Positions 37,725-50,922 of a stretch of DNA of 64,000 bases are shown here, one piece after another. The DNA is from Squalus acanthias (lineage: Eukaryota): positions 15,686,001 to 15,750,000 of the forward strand of contig CM059429.1 in the NCBI GenBank assembly GCA_030390025.1, given 5' to 3'. Both the position numbers and the translations under genes were made by a program. The notes under the pieces are model-generated. The model did no database searches. It was given only the letters and a program-made list of their open reading frames with translations, and was not told the DNA's origin. Each line of letters begins with the position of its first letter. Position 1 is the stretch's first letter.

Positions 37725-38853
37725 AGCATGGGATTGGGGGCAATATATTAGCATGGATTGAGGATTGGTTAACCAACAGAAAACGGAGTAGGAATAAACA
37801 TGTCATGTCATTTTCGGGTTGACAGGCTGTAACTAGTGGGGTACCACCGCAAGGATCAGTGCTTGGGCCTCAGCTATTTACAATCTATATCAATGACTTA
37901 GATGAGGGGACTGAGTGTAATGTATCCAAGTTTGGTAACAATACAAAGCTAGGTGGGAAAGTAAGTTGTGAGGAGGATGCAAAGAGGCTGAAAAGAGATA
38001 GACAGGTTAAGTGAGTGGGCAAGAACATGGCAGATTGAATATAATGTGAAGAAATGTGAAGTTATACATTTTGGAGAGAAAAATAGAAGACCAGAATATT
38101 TTTTTAAAAGGAGAGATTAGGAAATGTTGGTATTCAGAGGGACTTGGTGTCCTTGTACACGAATCACAGAAAGTTAACATGCAGGTACAGCAAGCAATTA
38201 GGAAAGCAAATGGTATGTTAGCCTTTATTACAAAAGGATTGGAGTAGAAGAGTAAAAAAGTTTTACTGCAATTATATAGGGCCTTGGTGAGACCACACCT
38301 GGAGTACTGTATACAGTCTTGTCTCCTGACCTAAGGAAGGATATACTTGCCTCAGAGGGAGTGCAACAAAGGTTCACCAGACTGATTTCTGGGATGGGGG
38401 GATTGTCCTACAAGCTACAAGGAGAGATTGAGTAGAGTAGGCCTATATTCCTTAGAATTTAGAAGAATGAGAGGTGGTCATATAAAATTCTTATAGGGCT
38501 TGACAGGGTAGATGCAGGGAGGATGTTTTCCCTGGCTGGGGAGTCCAGAACACAGGGTCACAGTCTCAGAATAAGGGGTCAGCCATTTAGGACTGAGATG
38601 AGGAGAAATTTCTTCACTGAGAGGGTTGTGAATCTTTGGAATTTTCTACCCCAGAGGGCTGCGGATGCTCAGTTGTTGAGTATATTCAAGACAGAGATCG
38701 ATATATTTTTGGATATTGAGGGAATCAAGGGCTATGGGGATAGTGCAGGAAAGGTGGAGTTGAGGTAGATGGTCAGCCTTGATCTTATTGAATGGCAGTG
38801 CAGGCTCGAAGGGTCGAATGGGTTACTCTTGCTCCTATTTCTTACGTTCTTAT
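37725..38853 (+). mobile_element. CR1 LINE 3' portion
   Basis: Degenerate [18 protein letters not shown]...; QVQQAIRKANGMLAFI; RNFFTERVVNLWN; ttcttatg tail. Confidence 0.85.
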
Positions 38854-40169
38854 GCAGAGTCCCACTGCCAAGATGCACAGCGATCAACATAGTTCAGGCC
38901 TTCAGAATTCACAACAGCTCACATCTTGGTACCAGTTTCAGTAATAAACTCCCATCCCTGCCTCCTTCACCAACCCCCGAGATCAGCCGGCTTGGTGAAC
39001 TTACACACAAATACAAAATCTCCAAGTCCCTGTTAATTACCATCTCTCTGGGTTTCAAATCATACTTGGAACTGCAGCCCAACACAGACCCACAGCAAAG
39101 GTAAGTCATCACAACATGAACCCAGAAGGAACAAAATCCCAACGATTGATACACTCGCCAAATCTGTAGGATGCATATGTTTACAGGCACGAGAAGAGTT
39201 AATTGTTAAGTACGTCAATTTGCAACAAAAAGAATATAAAAGAAACAAGATCCCTTCGCTGGCCCTTTGGTGTGAAAATCTTGCTATAAAGCAGCTTTCA
39301 TTCCAGTTTATCTAGAACAGCCAATATGGATTTATCTTGGTGAGCTTACTCTGCTGTTAAAGCATTTTCTCACTGAAGTGACCAATGAATTACTTACATT
39401 CAATCCCCACTAAATTCATCTGGTGCAAATGCTGGACAGCATTCATGTGCTCTTGGGCTCGGCTCAGTGGGTGATTTTACGGCCTCATTGAGAAATATAT
39501 AGGATATAGTAGGGCCTGGGTAAAGTGACCCATTTTCCTTTTGGTGCAGTTTTTTTGATACAAGTTGGCCTTCAAGTTTTTGGCAGAAGGCCATTCTGAC
39601 AAAATGGCTGCCAAACTAACAACTCGAAAGAAAATAACACTTCACAATTACCACAGCAGCAGCGCTGGCTTCAATCATCTGACTAGGAAGAATTATGCAG
39701 GGATAAAACAAAATGTAAAACCAGCCAGTTAACAGCGAATGTTTGAAGACTAGAATAACCAAATTCCTTTAGGGCAACAGCGTTAAAAGAAACTCAATTA
39801 AACAGCTGTGTAAAAGGAAAAGCCTGTCCCTTAGGCGCCAAGGAAGTTCCGAGGTGTGTTAATACAATGGGAAAGTGATTACTCCACTTACGATGTATTG
39901 TATGTTCTCCGGTTACGGTGTACTCTTACTTCACAGCCAGAAAGAGGAGTTATAATTACCGACTTTCTGCTCAATTCTCAGAAATGTCCCATTAAAAAGT
40001 AGGAAGAGGGTGCAGGCTGAATTCTAATCACTCTGCACTTTGGCTGCAGGATCATTTGATTCTTCATCATTTCTCATCACATTAAACTCTTTATTAACCC
40101 CGGCCACTCTGCAACAACTTTTGTAATGGTACTAAATTCTTGGCAGCTTGGGATTCTGGATTTTTAAAA

Positions 40170-40440
40170 TATTAGTTCTTGGGACGTGGGTGATGCAAGT
40201 AAGGTTACATTTATTGCCCATTCCTAGTTACACGGGGAAGCAAGTGATGGGCCTTCTCCTTGAACCACTGCAGCCCTTGTGGTGATAGGTTAGGTCGAGA
40301 ATTCCAGGATTATGACCCAGCGACAGTGAAGGAATGGCGATGTATGTTCAAGGCAGCATGGTGCATGGCTTGGAGGGGGGAACGTGGAGGTGATGGCATT
40401 CCCATAATATTGCTGTTGTTCTTCTTGCTAGTAGAGGCAT
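40170..40440 (-). mobile_element. LINE family A 3' end, degraded
   Basis: catttattgcccat...ttccaggattatgacccagcgac. Confidence 0.65.
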
Positions 40441-40552
40441 GTACACATTAAATTACACATGTCGATGTGGTTCTTCAGCTGTCAGTGTGCTTGTAGCTTC
40501 GACTTATATTAACATTTACACTGCACGATTAATGATTACAATGTCATGACTG

Positions 40553-42394
40553 CAGTAATGTCAACACCACCATCTCATAAATCATGAGACAAACTCTTAA
40601 AAAATCATGAAATAAAGTAAGAAATCACGAGTTGCTATTTTGTTCCAAACATAAACCAACACAGATAGACAGTTCGTTTATAAACCTCATTAGTGGCTTT
40701 ATTTAATCTCTAACAGGTCACAGTTCTTTACAAAAACTGCATCTGAAAATGCTTTACAAAGAACTTTTTTAAAAATCCTACCCGTTCTCACCACGCATCT
40801 CTGTTTAAGGTTCTGATGACTAATAGAAATTAATTATACAATTAAGCATATATGTATTTATTATTTTTGTTTTACTTACTTAATGTAAGAGCAGAAAGGT
40901 GTGTGGATTCGATCCCTGGCCTAGGCGGAGTTACCAGGTCTGAGCTAGGGTGGCAGTGAGTAGCGATGCTACAATTGGTCTCGAAGCCCTTTCCTAAAAT
41001 CTCAACAGGTTACGGCCTTGCAGCAGGCCCAGAGACTGGCAAGTCTCTTTTCTTTCCGACCCCCTTCTCTTCCGCCAAGGCCACATGGCGCGCGTGCACT
41101 CTCTGTTGATGGCGGCAGGCCCCCCTCCCCACCACCGGTCTTTTTCCAACCACGCGACCCGGCCGGCTTCCAACCAGCCGACACAGCCAGGGCCGCAGGG
41201 GGCTCCGGGAGTCCGCACCAGGGGAAAGAAGGAGGGTTGAATTTAAAGGAAGACCGCTGGCTCGTACCTTGGCCCATGCAACGCACGCCGGACTTACTAA
41301 CTTATTTTTCTGTGGCCCTCAGCTCGTTCTTAAACTCCTAGTCTGCTTGAGTCAGAGTCCCTCTATTTCAGTGGTTCCCAAACTTTTTTGTATGTATACA
41401 TTGGTTATTTTAAACACCATACGGGAAAAACAAAAATGGGTTTCTCAAACTGAACGGCGTAAATGCTAAACGCTCTTTCAAAGAATGTATTGTTATCTAA
41501 ACAATGTTTCTTTTCTAGTAAAAAAAAAGGAAAGCAAAACGGGTCAGCTTTACAAGTAAATGGCAGGTAAAATACTAATTTAAGTTAATCGAGCAACCTA
41601 AACAATCAAATTATAGAACAAGAAATATTAAACACATCAACCAATGAAAACATCCTCCTTTATTTGCCCAATTCACAAGCTGTTATACAGCATTGTTTTA
41701 GAATGGAAAGGTCAGTTTGGGCCCTTGCAATGGTCAAGGTCACAAAAAGCGTATCTATTATCAATAATACACTTAATGACATGATTCATTTATTGTTGAT
41801 AGTGGAAAGCTAACAAAATGTATTACAGACCATAATTTCATGTGCTATAATTAACATCTGGTTCATATATCCTATTTACTTGGATTTTATGTTGTTTTAT
41901 CCTTCGTAATTTTGGATTTAACAGCCGTTTTCTTGTAGATTCCTAATCTTCTCTTGACAACCAAAAACAATGTTACCTTAGGATGAACCTTTGAAATAGT
42001 TTGTCAGAAAAATGTGCCAATTCTTTTCTGGTGCACAATGCAAACTTCCAAACCCTTGGACCAAGCAAACCCAGACTAGGATCCCATTCGAGCGCGTGCA
42101 CAGGTGAATGGTGTGAAGCAGTGCATTGCGGCAAACACAGTTCTCGCCAAGCCGGAATTGCGCAGCCCCGGATGGCGTTACGGTGAGAATGGTACTACAA
42201 CCCTCAGCATGCCCAGTGCGTTGGACTCCTCCGCATAGCGTGGCGGGGCACGCACTTCCGGTTTGCTCAGCGTATCAACAATATTGCAGTCGAAGTTTAA
42301 AATAATGAGTTTTCCTAGGTGCATCGCGAGTTGGGCTAAGTTCTCATTAAAAATCGCGTGCCTCGCGATTAAATCGTGCGAGTTGGCATTACTG
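40553..42394. mobile_element. Non-autonomous TIR DNA transposon (hAT-like termini), copy 1
   Basis: TIR CAGTAATGTCAAC / GTTGGCATTACTG; flanks TGACTG / TTACTG; subterminal AAATCRYGAG-like repeats; left ~100 bp homologous to 61349-61440. Confidence 0.65.
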
Positions 42395-43204
42395 TTACTG
42401 CAAGTTTACCAAGAAATAATTTTGAACTGATTACTGCGAATTTCTACAGCTGCCCCATATTGTTTATAGAAAAAGGACCATGTACCAGCCAGCCCTCACA
42501 TCTACATTATTCGGTGTTGAGTTTTATGATGCATGTTCTACTCTCATTGCCAAGCCGCTTTATAGGAAACTACGCACCAGTCTTACAAGTCTATGGAAAC
42601 AGCATTACTGATGCTAATCAAGAGCTTGATTTCTTTACCCAAGGCACAAGGAGGATTACAGCAGAAACAGATTCATCCCTAGAATATAATCATAGTGGAA
42701 GAAATATATCTGTACACTCAGTGTGTCTCATTCAAGGCAAGATGCTTTCAAGCAGCCAGGAATAGACACATTCTATTACATTTTTCTTCTCCCTACACCT
42801 CCCCTTTCCCTGAGTTTAGGATTCTACACTAGTGACATCATGAAGGAGAGAGACTGCATATGTGAAAGAACTGCCATTCAAGATGTCCCGCAAACAGAAT
42901 ACCTTTCCATCAATTGGTAACACTATAATGGCGAGGAACACTGAAATGCGAATGAAGAGCAAATTACTCCAATTTTACTCTTGTTTTACACCTCATTCAA
43001 ATCCCTTCTTTGAGACTTTACGCACCGTTTCAGATGTTATATTCTGCTCATTAGTCAGTACATTAGATTTACCTCGTTTATGCCAGGTACCCATCACAAA
43101 AATTCACATCTTACTGGTCCTTTCTTACTTGCATTCAATTCAGAATGGGACCCTTCCACTATTTCCCATGAATTCCTGAGTCCAAGGTTTACTGCGACAT
43201 GCCA

Positions 43205-43280
43205 GATAGAGATATATATATAAAATTATATACAGGTAGCTAGAATATATACAAGTATATATACACACACACACACACAA
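43205..43280. repeat. (TA)n/(CA)n microsatellite patch
   Basis: gatatatatata...atatatacacacacacacaca. Confidence 0.7.
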
Positions 43281-44059
43281 ACGGCACAAAATGATGCCCA
43301 ATACTACTTTGTAACAAAATTTACACGTAATAGTAAGAATATTTGATGTCAATGAAAATTGCGGATAAAATAGTTCTCAATGTAATGAAGTCATTATCAG
43401 CATTAGACTGAATGATCACAATATAATGAGCCACCAAATAGTTTGAGATAGTCTAGATTATTAGATTTCTTTGCACTTGGTTTGTTGGTAATACTCCAAA
43501 CCTTCTGTAAGAATCAAATGTGTAATTCGGAAAGATTATGCCGTATGGGTAAGAACATAAGAGTAGGCCATACGGCCCCTCAAGCCGACTCCGCCATTCA
43601 GTAAGAGCACAGCTGATCTTCGACCTCAACTCCACTTTCCTGCCCGATCTCCATGTCCCTCAGAGTCCAAAATTCTATCTATCTCAGCCTTGAATATATT
43701 CATGACTCAGCATCCACAGCCCTTTGGGGTAGAGAATTACAAAGATTCACAACCCTCTGAAGAAATTCCTCCTCATGTCAGTCTTAAACGGCTAACCTCT
43801 TATCCGGAGACTATGCCCCCTAGTTCTAGACACTCCAGCCAGGGGAAAACAACCTCTCAGCATCTACCCTGTCAATCCCCCTCAGTATCTTATATGTTTC
43901 AATGTGATCACCTCTCATTCTTCTAAACTCCAGAGAGTATAGGCTCAATCCACTCAATCTCTCTTCATAGGACAACCCTCTCATCCCAGGGATCAATCGA
44001 GTGAACCTTCGTTGCACCGCCTCTAAGGCAAGTATATCCTTCCCCAGATAAGGAGACAT

Positions 44060-44380
44060 GGGCAACATGGTGGCATAGTGGTTAGCACTGTTGCCTCACA
44101 GCGCCAGGGACCCGGGTTCGAATCCGGCCTTGGGTGACTGTCTGTGGAGTTTGCACATTCTCCCCGTGTCTGCGTCGGTTTCCTCCGGGTGCTCCGATTT
44201 CCTCCCACAGTCCAAAGATGTGCGGGTTAGGTTGATTTGGCCATGATAAATTGACCCTTAGTGTTAGGGGGATTAAATACGTGGGGTTACGGGGATAGGG
44301 TGGGATATGTGTCAGTGCAGGCTCGATGGGCCGAAATGGCCTCTATCTGCACTGAGGGGATTCTGTGATTGGGATTCTGT
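44060..44380 (+). mobile_element. HE1-like V-SINE
   Basis: Box A TGGCATAGTGG, box B GGTTCGAATCC, V-domain tgtggagtttgcacattctccccgtgtctgcgt, CR1-like tail gatgggccgaaatggcct. Confidence 0.85.
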
Positions 44381-44444
44381 GAAAACTATGCACAGTCTCC
44401 AGGTGTGGTCTCACCAAGGCCCTGTACAATTGTAGCAAGACTAG

Positions 44445-44742
44445 TTGATGGTACAAGGACTAGGGGACACAGATTTAAGGTTTTGGGCAAGAGATAGAGG
44501 GGATGTGAGGAAAAACTTTTTTACGCAGCGAGTGGTGAGGACCTGGAACTCGCTGCCAACGGAAGTGGTGGAAGCGGACACACGCAATGTTTTCAAGGGG
44601 AGACTGGATAGGCACTTGAGGGAAATAAACTTGCAGGGCTACAGGGATAGAGCGGGGGAATGGGACTGACTGGATTGCTCTAGAGAGGCGGCACGGACCC
44701 GATGGGCCGAATGGCCTCCTTCTGTGCCGTTATGACTCTATG
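44445..44742 (+). mobile_element. CR1 3' end nested in opposite orientation
   Basis: [17 protein letters not shown]...FKGRLDRHL; tatgactctatgac tail. Confidence 0.8.
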
Positions 44743-45120
44743 ACTTCCTTACTCTTATACTCCAACCCCCTTGCAAGAAAGGCCAACATACCATTTGCCT
44801 TCCTTATTGCTTGCTGTACCTGCATGCTAGCTTTCTGTGTTTCTTGCACGAGGACACCCAAATCTCTCTGAACACCAACATTTGAAAGTTTCTCACCATT
44901 TAAAAAATATTCTGTTTTGCTATTCTTCCTACCAAAGTGAATAACCTCACATTTCCCTACATTATACTCCATCTGCCACCTTACTGCCCACTCACTTAAT
45001 CTATCTATATCCCTTTGCAGACTCTGTGTTCTCCTCACAGCTTACTGTCCCACCTAGCTTTGTATCATCAGCAAACTTGGATACATTACACTCGGTCCCT
45101 TCATCTAGGTCATTAATATA

Positions 45121-48100
45121 CTACAACAACAACTTGTATTTATATAGCGCCTTTAACGTAGTAAAACGTCCCAAGGCACTTCACAGGAGTATTTTAAGAC
45201 AACAAATTTGACACCGATCCACATAAGGAGAAATTAGGGCAGATGACCAAAAGCTTGGTCAAAGAGGTAGGTTTTAAGGAGCGTCTTAAAAGAGGAAAGA
45301 GAAGTAGAGAGGCGGAGAGGTTTAGGGAGGGGATTCCAGAGCTTAGGGCCTAGGCAACAGAAGGCACTACCACCAAAGGTTGAGCGATTATAATCAGGGA
45401 TGCTCAAGAGGGCAGAATTTGAGGAGCACAGATATCTCGGGGGGGTTGTGGGGCTGAAGGAGATTACAGAGATAGGAAGGGGCGAGGCCAGGGAGGGATT
45501 TGAAAACAAGGATGAGAATTTTGAAATCGAGGTGCTGCTTAACTGGGAGCCAATGTAGGTCAGCGAGCACAGGGGTGATGGGCGAACGGGACTTGGTGCG
45601 GGTTAGGACACGTGCAGACGAGTTTTGGATGACCTCAAGTTTACGTAGGGTGTAATATGGGAGGCCAGCCAGGAGTGCACTGGAATAGTCAAGTCTAGAG
45701 GTAACAAAGGTATGGATGAGGGTTTCAGCAGCAAATGAGCTGAGGCAAGGGCGGAGACGGGCGATGTTATGGAGGTGGAAGTAGGCCGTCTTTGTTATGC
45801 TGCGGATATGCGGTCGGAAGCTCATTTCAGGGTCAAATATGACACCAAGGTTGCGAACAAGTGTGGTTCAGCCTCAGACAGATGTTAGGGAGAGGGATGG
45901 AGTCAGTGGCGAGGGAACGGAGTTTGTGGCGGGGACCGAAAACAATGGCTTCGGTCTACCCAATATTTAATTGGAGAAAATTTTTGCTCATCCAGAACTG
46001 TATGTTGGACAAGTAGTCTGACAATTTAGACACCGTGGAGGGGTCGAGAGAAGTGGTAGAGAGGTAGAGCTGGGTGTCGTCAGCGTACATGTAGAAACTG
46101 ACGCTGTATTTTCGGATGATGTCACCAAGGGGCAACATGTAGATGGGAAATAGGAGGGGGCCAAGGATAGATCCTTGGGGGACACCAGAGGTAACGATGC
46201 GGGAGTGGGAAGAAAAGCCGTTGCAGGTGATTCTCTGGTTACGATTAGATAGAGAAGAATGGAACCAGGCGAGTGCAGTCCCACCCAGCTGGATGACGGT
46301 GGAAAGGCATTGGAGAAGGATGGAGTGGTCAACCGTGTGAAAGGCTGCAGACATGTCAAGAAGAACGAGGAGGGATAGCTTATCTTCGTCACAGTCACAA
46401 AGGATGTCATTTGTGACTTTGATAAGAGCCGTTTCGGTACTGTGGCAAGGGTGGAAACCTGATTGGAGGGATTCAAATATGGAACTGCGGGAAAGATGAG
46501 CACGGATTTGGGAGGCAACAACATGTTCAAGGACTTGAGAGGAAAGGGAGGTTGGAGATGGGGTGGTAGTTTGCAAGGATGGAGGGATCAAGGTTTGTTT
46601 TTTTTGAGGAAAAGGGTGATGACGGCAGATTTGAGGGAGAGGGGGACAGTACCTGAGGAGAGAGAACCGTTAACAATATCAGCTAACATGGGAGCCAGAA
46701 ATGGAAGTTGGGCGGTCAGCAGTTTGGTGGGAAAAGGGTCGAGGGAGCAGGAGGTGGGTCTCAGACAAGATGAGCGCAGAGAGATCATGAGGGAAGATCG
46801 GAGAGAAACTGGAGGAAGATGTGAGTTCAGGGCTAGGGCAGGGGGGAACCTCAGAGGAAGTTTGGTCCAGTGGGCTAGGGGGAGGAAGGGAATTGGCAGA
46901 GGCAGCTGAACGGATGGTCTCAATTTTAGAGACAAAGAAGTCCATGAGCTCCTCACACTTGTTATCGGAGGTGAGGGTGGAGGAGACAGGGGAGAGGGGT
47001 TTAAGAAGACGGTGAGCAGTAGGGAATAGGAGCCGGGGTTTATCTTTGCATTCCAGAATGATTCTGGAATAGTGAGCAATTTTAGCAGACGAGAGCAGGG
47101 CCCGAAAATGTTTTATGTGGTCCAGCCAGATCTGGCAGTGAATGACTAAACCAGTTGTCCGCCATATCCGTTCCAAGTTTGCGTCCCTTGGACTTAAGGG
47201 AGCGAAGATGAGGGCTGTACCAGGGGGAACGGCCAGGGTGAGAGAGAGTAATTGTTTTAGTAGGGACTAGGGCATCAAAGATAGTGGTGAGGGTGTGACT
47301 GAGTAGATTGGTAGCTGCAGAAATGTCATGGTGAATGGAGAGCCAGAGGCTGGACAGTTGGGATTTCGTAAGTGCAGTTGTAAGAGAGTTGGGAGAGAGT
47401 TTTTTCCAGGGGCGGACACAGAAGGAAGTAGGGTTGGGGGAGGGGGTGGAAGGGGGATGTGGGTGGAGAGTGATATGAGGAAATGGTCAGAGATGGCCTT
47501 ATCTGCAATTGACACAATGGGAGTAGTGAGGCCGCGAGAGATGGCAAGGTCAAGGGGGTGGCCGTGAATATGGGTTGGGGAGTTTACATGGAGGGAGAGA
47601 TTAAGGGAGGATAGGAGGCTAGTGAACTCAGAGGAGAGAGAGCGTGATGAGTTGAGATGGAGGTTGAAATCACAGAGGATGAGAAGTCGTTCGGTGCAGA
47701 GACTGAGGGAGGAGAACAGTGAAGATATCTCAGTAATAACATTTTTATGGTACTTGGGTGGGCAGTAGAGAACGAGAATTTTAAATGAGAGGTGAGAGGG
47801 GTGGAATAAGGTGAGATGCTCAAAGGAGGAGAAACTGCCGGAGGAATAGGGGGACAGACGAAGGTGTGATATGGTGATGAGAGCCACACCGCCACCATGG
47901 CGATCTGAACGGGGCAAGTGATGGAAGGTATAGCCAGGTGGGGAGGCTTCATTTAAGGGTAAGGTGTCATCACCCCTCAACCAAGTTTCCGTCAGGGCCA
48001 TGATATCGATGCAGTCATCCACGATAAACTCATGGATGGCAAGGGCCTTGTTCGCAAGTGAACAAACATTCTGTAGGGAGATGCGGAGAGGGTCGGTGAT

Positions 48101-50735
48101 GGCTGCCCCACTGCCAGCGTCCACAGGGTCAGCGCTGGAGGGGATGAGTTGGATGGGGAGGAGATTGGCAGGATTTGCCCCCAGTGGGCGCACTGGGCGG
48201 GAAGGTGGGCGAGACAGTAGGATGGGACAGTTGGGGTTGCTGCTTGTAAGGCGCCAGTGACGAGTGCCTCGATGGGCCCTTCATAGGACCCTTTGTAGGA
48301 TGCCAAGAGAGGCACAGAGGGAAGCTATAGGTTTATCTAAGAGGGAGTCAAGCCTGGGACGGCGGCAGGAGAGTAGGAAGATCGAAGAGTAATGAAGGAT
48401 TGGGGTAGGGATTTGGGAGGGCAGTGTATCAGAGAGAGGAGAGATGAAAGGAGGCATGACGACAGGAGAGTGCGGTCAGGGAGGGATAGAGAGAAAAGGA
48501 AAATAGGGGGAAAAAGTGGAATGGCTCTGGTCCGGAGTGGCAGCCAAAGTGCGCACGCGAATGGACACGGGAAAAGCTCAGGTTACATAGGCCTGTTTAA
48601 ATGTAATAATTAATGGGATACATATTTGCTGGTAGCAGGGAATAGGTTGGGGACAATAGTAGGGAGACCAGGGTCAAAGTCAGAGGTCCCATGGAGGGAC
48701 AAGCCAACGTAAGCAGGATGGGGCCGGTACGGAGCATCGACGGACCGCTGTCCAAATTCAGAGATAGGTGTAGAGAGTGAAGTCCAGAAGCTATTTGAAG
48801 GGTAGAGTTCGAGGATGGAGATTGTTGCCGTAGGAATGAGAGTCGGTAGCGGTGCAGAAAGCTGATGGCTAAATTGACGCAAGTTGGAGGTCACCGTAGA
48901 TCAAAGCGGCGGAGAAAAATTAAAACCATAAACCAGTGACCAGCAAGCTGAAAACCGGTAGAACGAGTCACTGGACAGCAAGTGGAGCTGCTACAAGCCA
49001 GCAGAGCTGAAAAACCAGTAGAACCAGTTCAGCAGATACACAGCCGGAAGTTTAAAGGTAAAAATCTTTTTACCTTTTCAGAGATAGAGACACAGCAGTT
49101 AAGTCTTACAGTGTAATCCAGTGCAGAAACATAGTGTGATCCAATGTAGTTCAAAGCAGAAACGTAGCCTAGATGTCCAGAGAAGTCCAGGAGATCGGAA
49201 ACGAATTTGACAAAAGAATTCCGCAACTTAAGATTTGAGTGACTGAAAAACAGAGCAGCGCCACAGTCGCTGAGTCAATCTGTGTAGTCAACGAAGTTCT
49301 GTCCGCGAGGAATTCAGTGAGGGGTCAAGTTTCAGCAGAGTTCCAGCAGTTGAAAGAGCTCAGTGAGAACAAAAGACACCAGGGGATGGGCAGTCGTCTT
49401 CTTCTTCTGAGGCAGTCCCTCGGAACCGAGGATGACTTGCTTCCACATTAAAAATGAGTTCTCAGGTGACTGATGAGTCCAATGCGGGACCAATGTGGGA
49501 CCTACAGTCTCTGTCACAGTGGTTGAAGGGGCGGGTGGGTGTGCTGCTTGCGCTTGGCTTGCGCTTGCTCCTGGCGAAGAGACTCGAGGTGTTCACCGTC
49601 TTCCCGGATGCTTCTCCTCCACTTTGTGCGGTCTTGGGCCAGGTATTCCCAGGTGTCAGTGGGGATGTTGCACTTTTTCAAGGAGGCTTTGAGGGTGTGC
49701 TTGAAGCGTTTCCTCTGCCCACCTGGGGCTCTCTTGCCGTGTCGGAGCTCCGAGTAGAGCGCTTGCTTTGGGAGTCTCGTATTGGGCATGCGGACGATGT
49801 GACCCATCCATTGGAGCTGATCGAGCGTGGTCAAAGCTTTGATGCTGGGGATGTTGGCCTGCGCGAGAACACTGACGTTGGTGCGCCTATCCTGCCAATG
49901 GATTTGCAGGATCTTGCGGAGGCAGCGTTGGTGGTACCTCTCCAGTGCTTTGAGGTGCCTGCTGTACATGGTCCATGTCTCTGAGGCATACAGCAGGGTG
50001 GGTATCACTGCTGCTCTGTAGACCATGAGCTTGGTGCCGGGTTTGAGGTCCTGGTCTTCAAACATTCTCTTCCTCAGGCGACCGAAGGCTGCACTGGCAC
50101 ACTGAAGGTGGTGTTGGACTTGGTCATCGACGTCTGCCCTTGTTGACAGTAGGCTCCCGAGGTATGGAAAGTGGTCCACGTTGTCCAAGGCCTCGTCATG
50201 GAATTTGATAATCAGGGGGCAGTGCTGTGTGGCGGGGGCAGGTTGGTAGAGGACCTTTGTCTTACGGATGTTTAGTGCAAGGCCCATGCTCTCGTACGCG
50301 TCGGTGAAGGTGCTGACGATGGTTTGGAGTTCGGCCTCCGAGTGAGCGCAGACGCAAGCGTTGTCTGCATACTGTAATTTGACAACAGAGGATGGGACGA
50401 CCTTGGATCTGGACTGGAGGCGACGGAGGTTGAACAGTTTCCCGTTTGTTCTGTAAATTAACTCCACTCCAGCGGGGAGCTTATTGAGGGCGAGATGGAG
50501 CATTGCAGCAAGGAAGATCGAGAAGACCGTTGGGACTCTGCAGAGATAGCTTTAAACTTGTAGTTTGGGCTGAAATGCCTTCACTATCAGAGGCAGTGTA
50601 TCTTAAGCAACTGAAAAGGGGAGATTGGGGGAAGAAAGGGCAAAGGATGGCAATGGATGACCACCGATACAGTTGAAGAGTACAGCAGCTCAGAAAGGGG
50701 CTGCTAGCCCAGCAGCCATCTTGGTCCTATATTGT
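45121..50735 (-). mobile_element. Near full-length L2 LINE with frameshifted ORF2
   Basis: APE endonuclease (MALTETWL...RHGGGVA...CDFNLH...LDLAI...SDH, 47267-48193), RT (QSGF...STETAL...GVPQGSILGP...YADDTQLY, 45956-46591), (TTG)n tail, 9-bp TSD ATTAATATA at 45112-20 and 50736-44. Confidence 0.9.
49397..50533 (-). mobile_element. RTE-clade (BovB-like) LINE 3' fragment nested in the L2
   Basis: Open 329-aa frame: LQYADN...FPYLGS...LLYASETWT...YHQRCLRKILQIHWQDRRTN...RLPKQALYSEL; (GAA)n tail. Confidence 0.9.
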
Positions 50736-50826
50736 ATTAATATAGATTGTAAATAGCTGAGGCCCCAACACTAATTGCGGCACCCCACTAGTTACAGCCT
50801 GCCAACCTGAAAAAGATCAGTTTATC

Positions 50827-50922
50827 TGACGAAGGGGCATCGACCTGAAACGTTAACTCTGTTTCTCTCTCCACGGATGCTGCCTGGCCTGCTGAGTGTT
50901 TCCAGCATTTTCTGTTTTTATT
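50827..50922 (+). mobile_element. Solo PLE pLTR with degenerate hammerhead
   Basis: CTGACGAAGGGGCATCGACCTGAAACGTTAAC; TSD TCAGTTTATC at 50817-26 and 50923-32. Confidence 0.8.

Noticed and set aside
44060-44135. tRNA gene
   Set aside because: The A/B boxes run straight into a V-domain and LINE-like tail, so this is a SINE head.
45234-48193. Active or domesticated reverse transcriptase gene
   Set aside because: ORF2 is broken by several frameshifts and stops.
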